Positions 63,849-64,000 of a stretch of DNA of 64,000 nt are shown here, one piece after another. This DNA comes from Acidimicrobiales bacterium (GTDB lineage Bacteria; Actinomycetota; Acidimicrobiia; Acidimicrobiales; MedAcidi-G1): contig JASLKB010000001.1 in NCBI GenBank assembly GCA_030747775.1, positions 1,803-65,802 on the forward strand, given 5' to 3'. Each line of letters opens with the position of its first letter. Within the stretch, counting starts at the first letter, position 1. The notes beneath the pieces were generated by a model. It was given only the letters and a program-made list of their open reading frames with translations, was not told the DNA's origin and made no database searches. The position numbers and the translations under genes were made by a program.

Positions 63849-64000
63849 TTAGACAGGGCGTACCCGACCGTCTCGGACGTCCACGCCCTCGGCGGCCAGC
63901 AAGCGGGCCTGAGCCGCCTCGTTGCCGGGAACCAGCCGGCCGGTCGAGGTGACAACACGCCACCAATGGTGGCCACCGTGGTGACGGAGGAACCGACCAA
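63849..64000 (-). CDS. MGMT-family / alkyltransferase-like (ATL) protein, 3' part only (5' part beyond the right window edge)
   Basis: Not in the ORF track. Manual translation gives ...GRFLRHHGGHHWWRVVTSTGRLVPGNEAAQARLLAAEGVDVRDGRVRPV*. The usual PCHRV site reads HWWRV (Trp in place of the acceptor Cys), as in ATL proteins. Confidence 0.55.
   Translation of the reverse strand, partial: GRFLRHHGGHHWWRVVTSTGRLVPGNEAAQARLLAAEGVDVRDGRVRPV

Overview
High-GC bacterial chromosome segment. Hand counts on ordinary 60-nt lines give about 67% G+C or more. Actinobacterial hallmarks include an F420-type luciferase-like oxidoreductase, a DinB/mycothiol-type TIGR03084-like protein, many GTG starts, 1/4/8-nt stop-start overlaps and leaderless-looking promoters. 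I call 59 protein-coding genes (2 truncated by the window edges), 2 tRNAs (Pro-GGG, Gly-GCC), one SAM-I-clan riboswitch, two promoter/operator regions and a few hairpins and repeats. Left to right: gltX 5' part; an acyl-CoA metabolism cluster (TetR, two family III CoA-transferases, acyl-CoA synthetase, crotonase, thiolase, acyl-CoA dehydrogenase); an LMW phosphatase; a GrdB-like reductase plus esterase; MerR-menF-menD-menH-menC; hydrolases; glutaminyl cyclase; a beta-class SPPY DNA methyltransferase; three envelope proteins (GH-like, D-aminoacylase-like, CapA); serC; a PEP-utilising protein, an F420 LLM and a nitroreductase. A lower-GC stretch follows (LysM lipoprotein, PG-binding/PPC surface protein, VOC, P450, dehydrogenases, CMD, SDR) and ends at tRNA-Pro. 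Then come PP2C, der and a DUF512 radical-SAM protein; a rhodanese-metY operon; an acyl-CoA carboxylase/AtuA/TetR/TIGR03084/crotonase cluster; pntAA-pntAB-pntB; tRNA-Gly; nei; a riboswitch-controlled metX-metB-like operon; a gamma-class N6-adenine methyltransferase overlapping a DEAD-box helicase; and an ATL/MGMT-family gene fragment. I saw no CRISPR array, transposase, integrase, prophage or recognisable multi-gene defence system. The most interesting signal is a single in-frame TGA at the U-x-x-C position of the GrdB-like gene, with nested hairpins immediately downstream. This points to a probable selenoprotein with a SECIS element that the ORF track splits into two ORFs. Other points worth a look are the SAM riboswitch, the low-GC islet next to tRNA-Pro, two orphan methyltransferases with unusual contexts, two apparently permuted CoA-cluster enzymes, and two leaderless promoters with operators.
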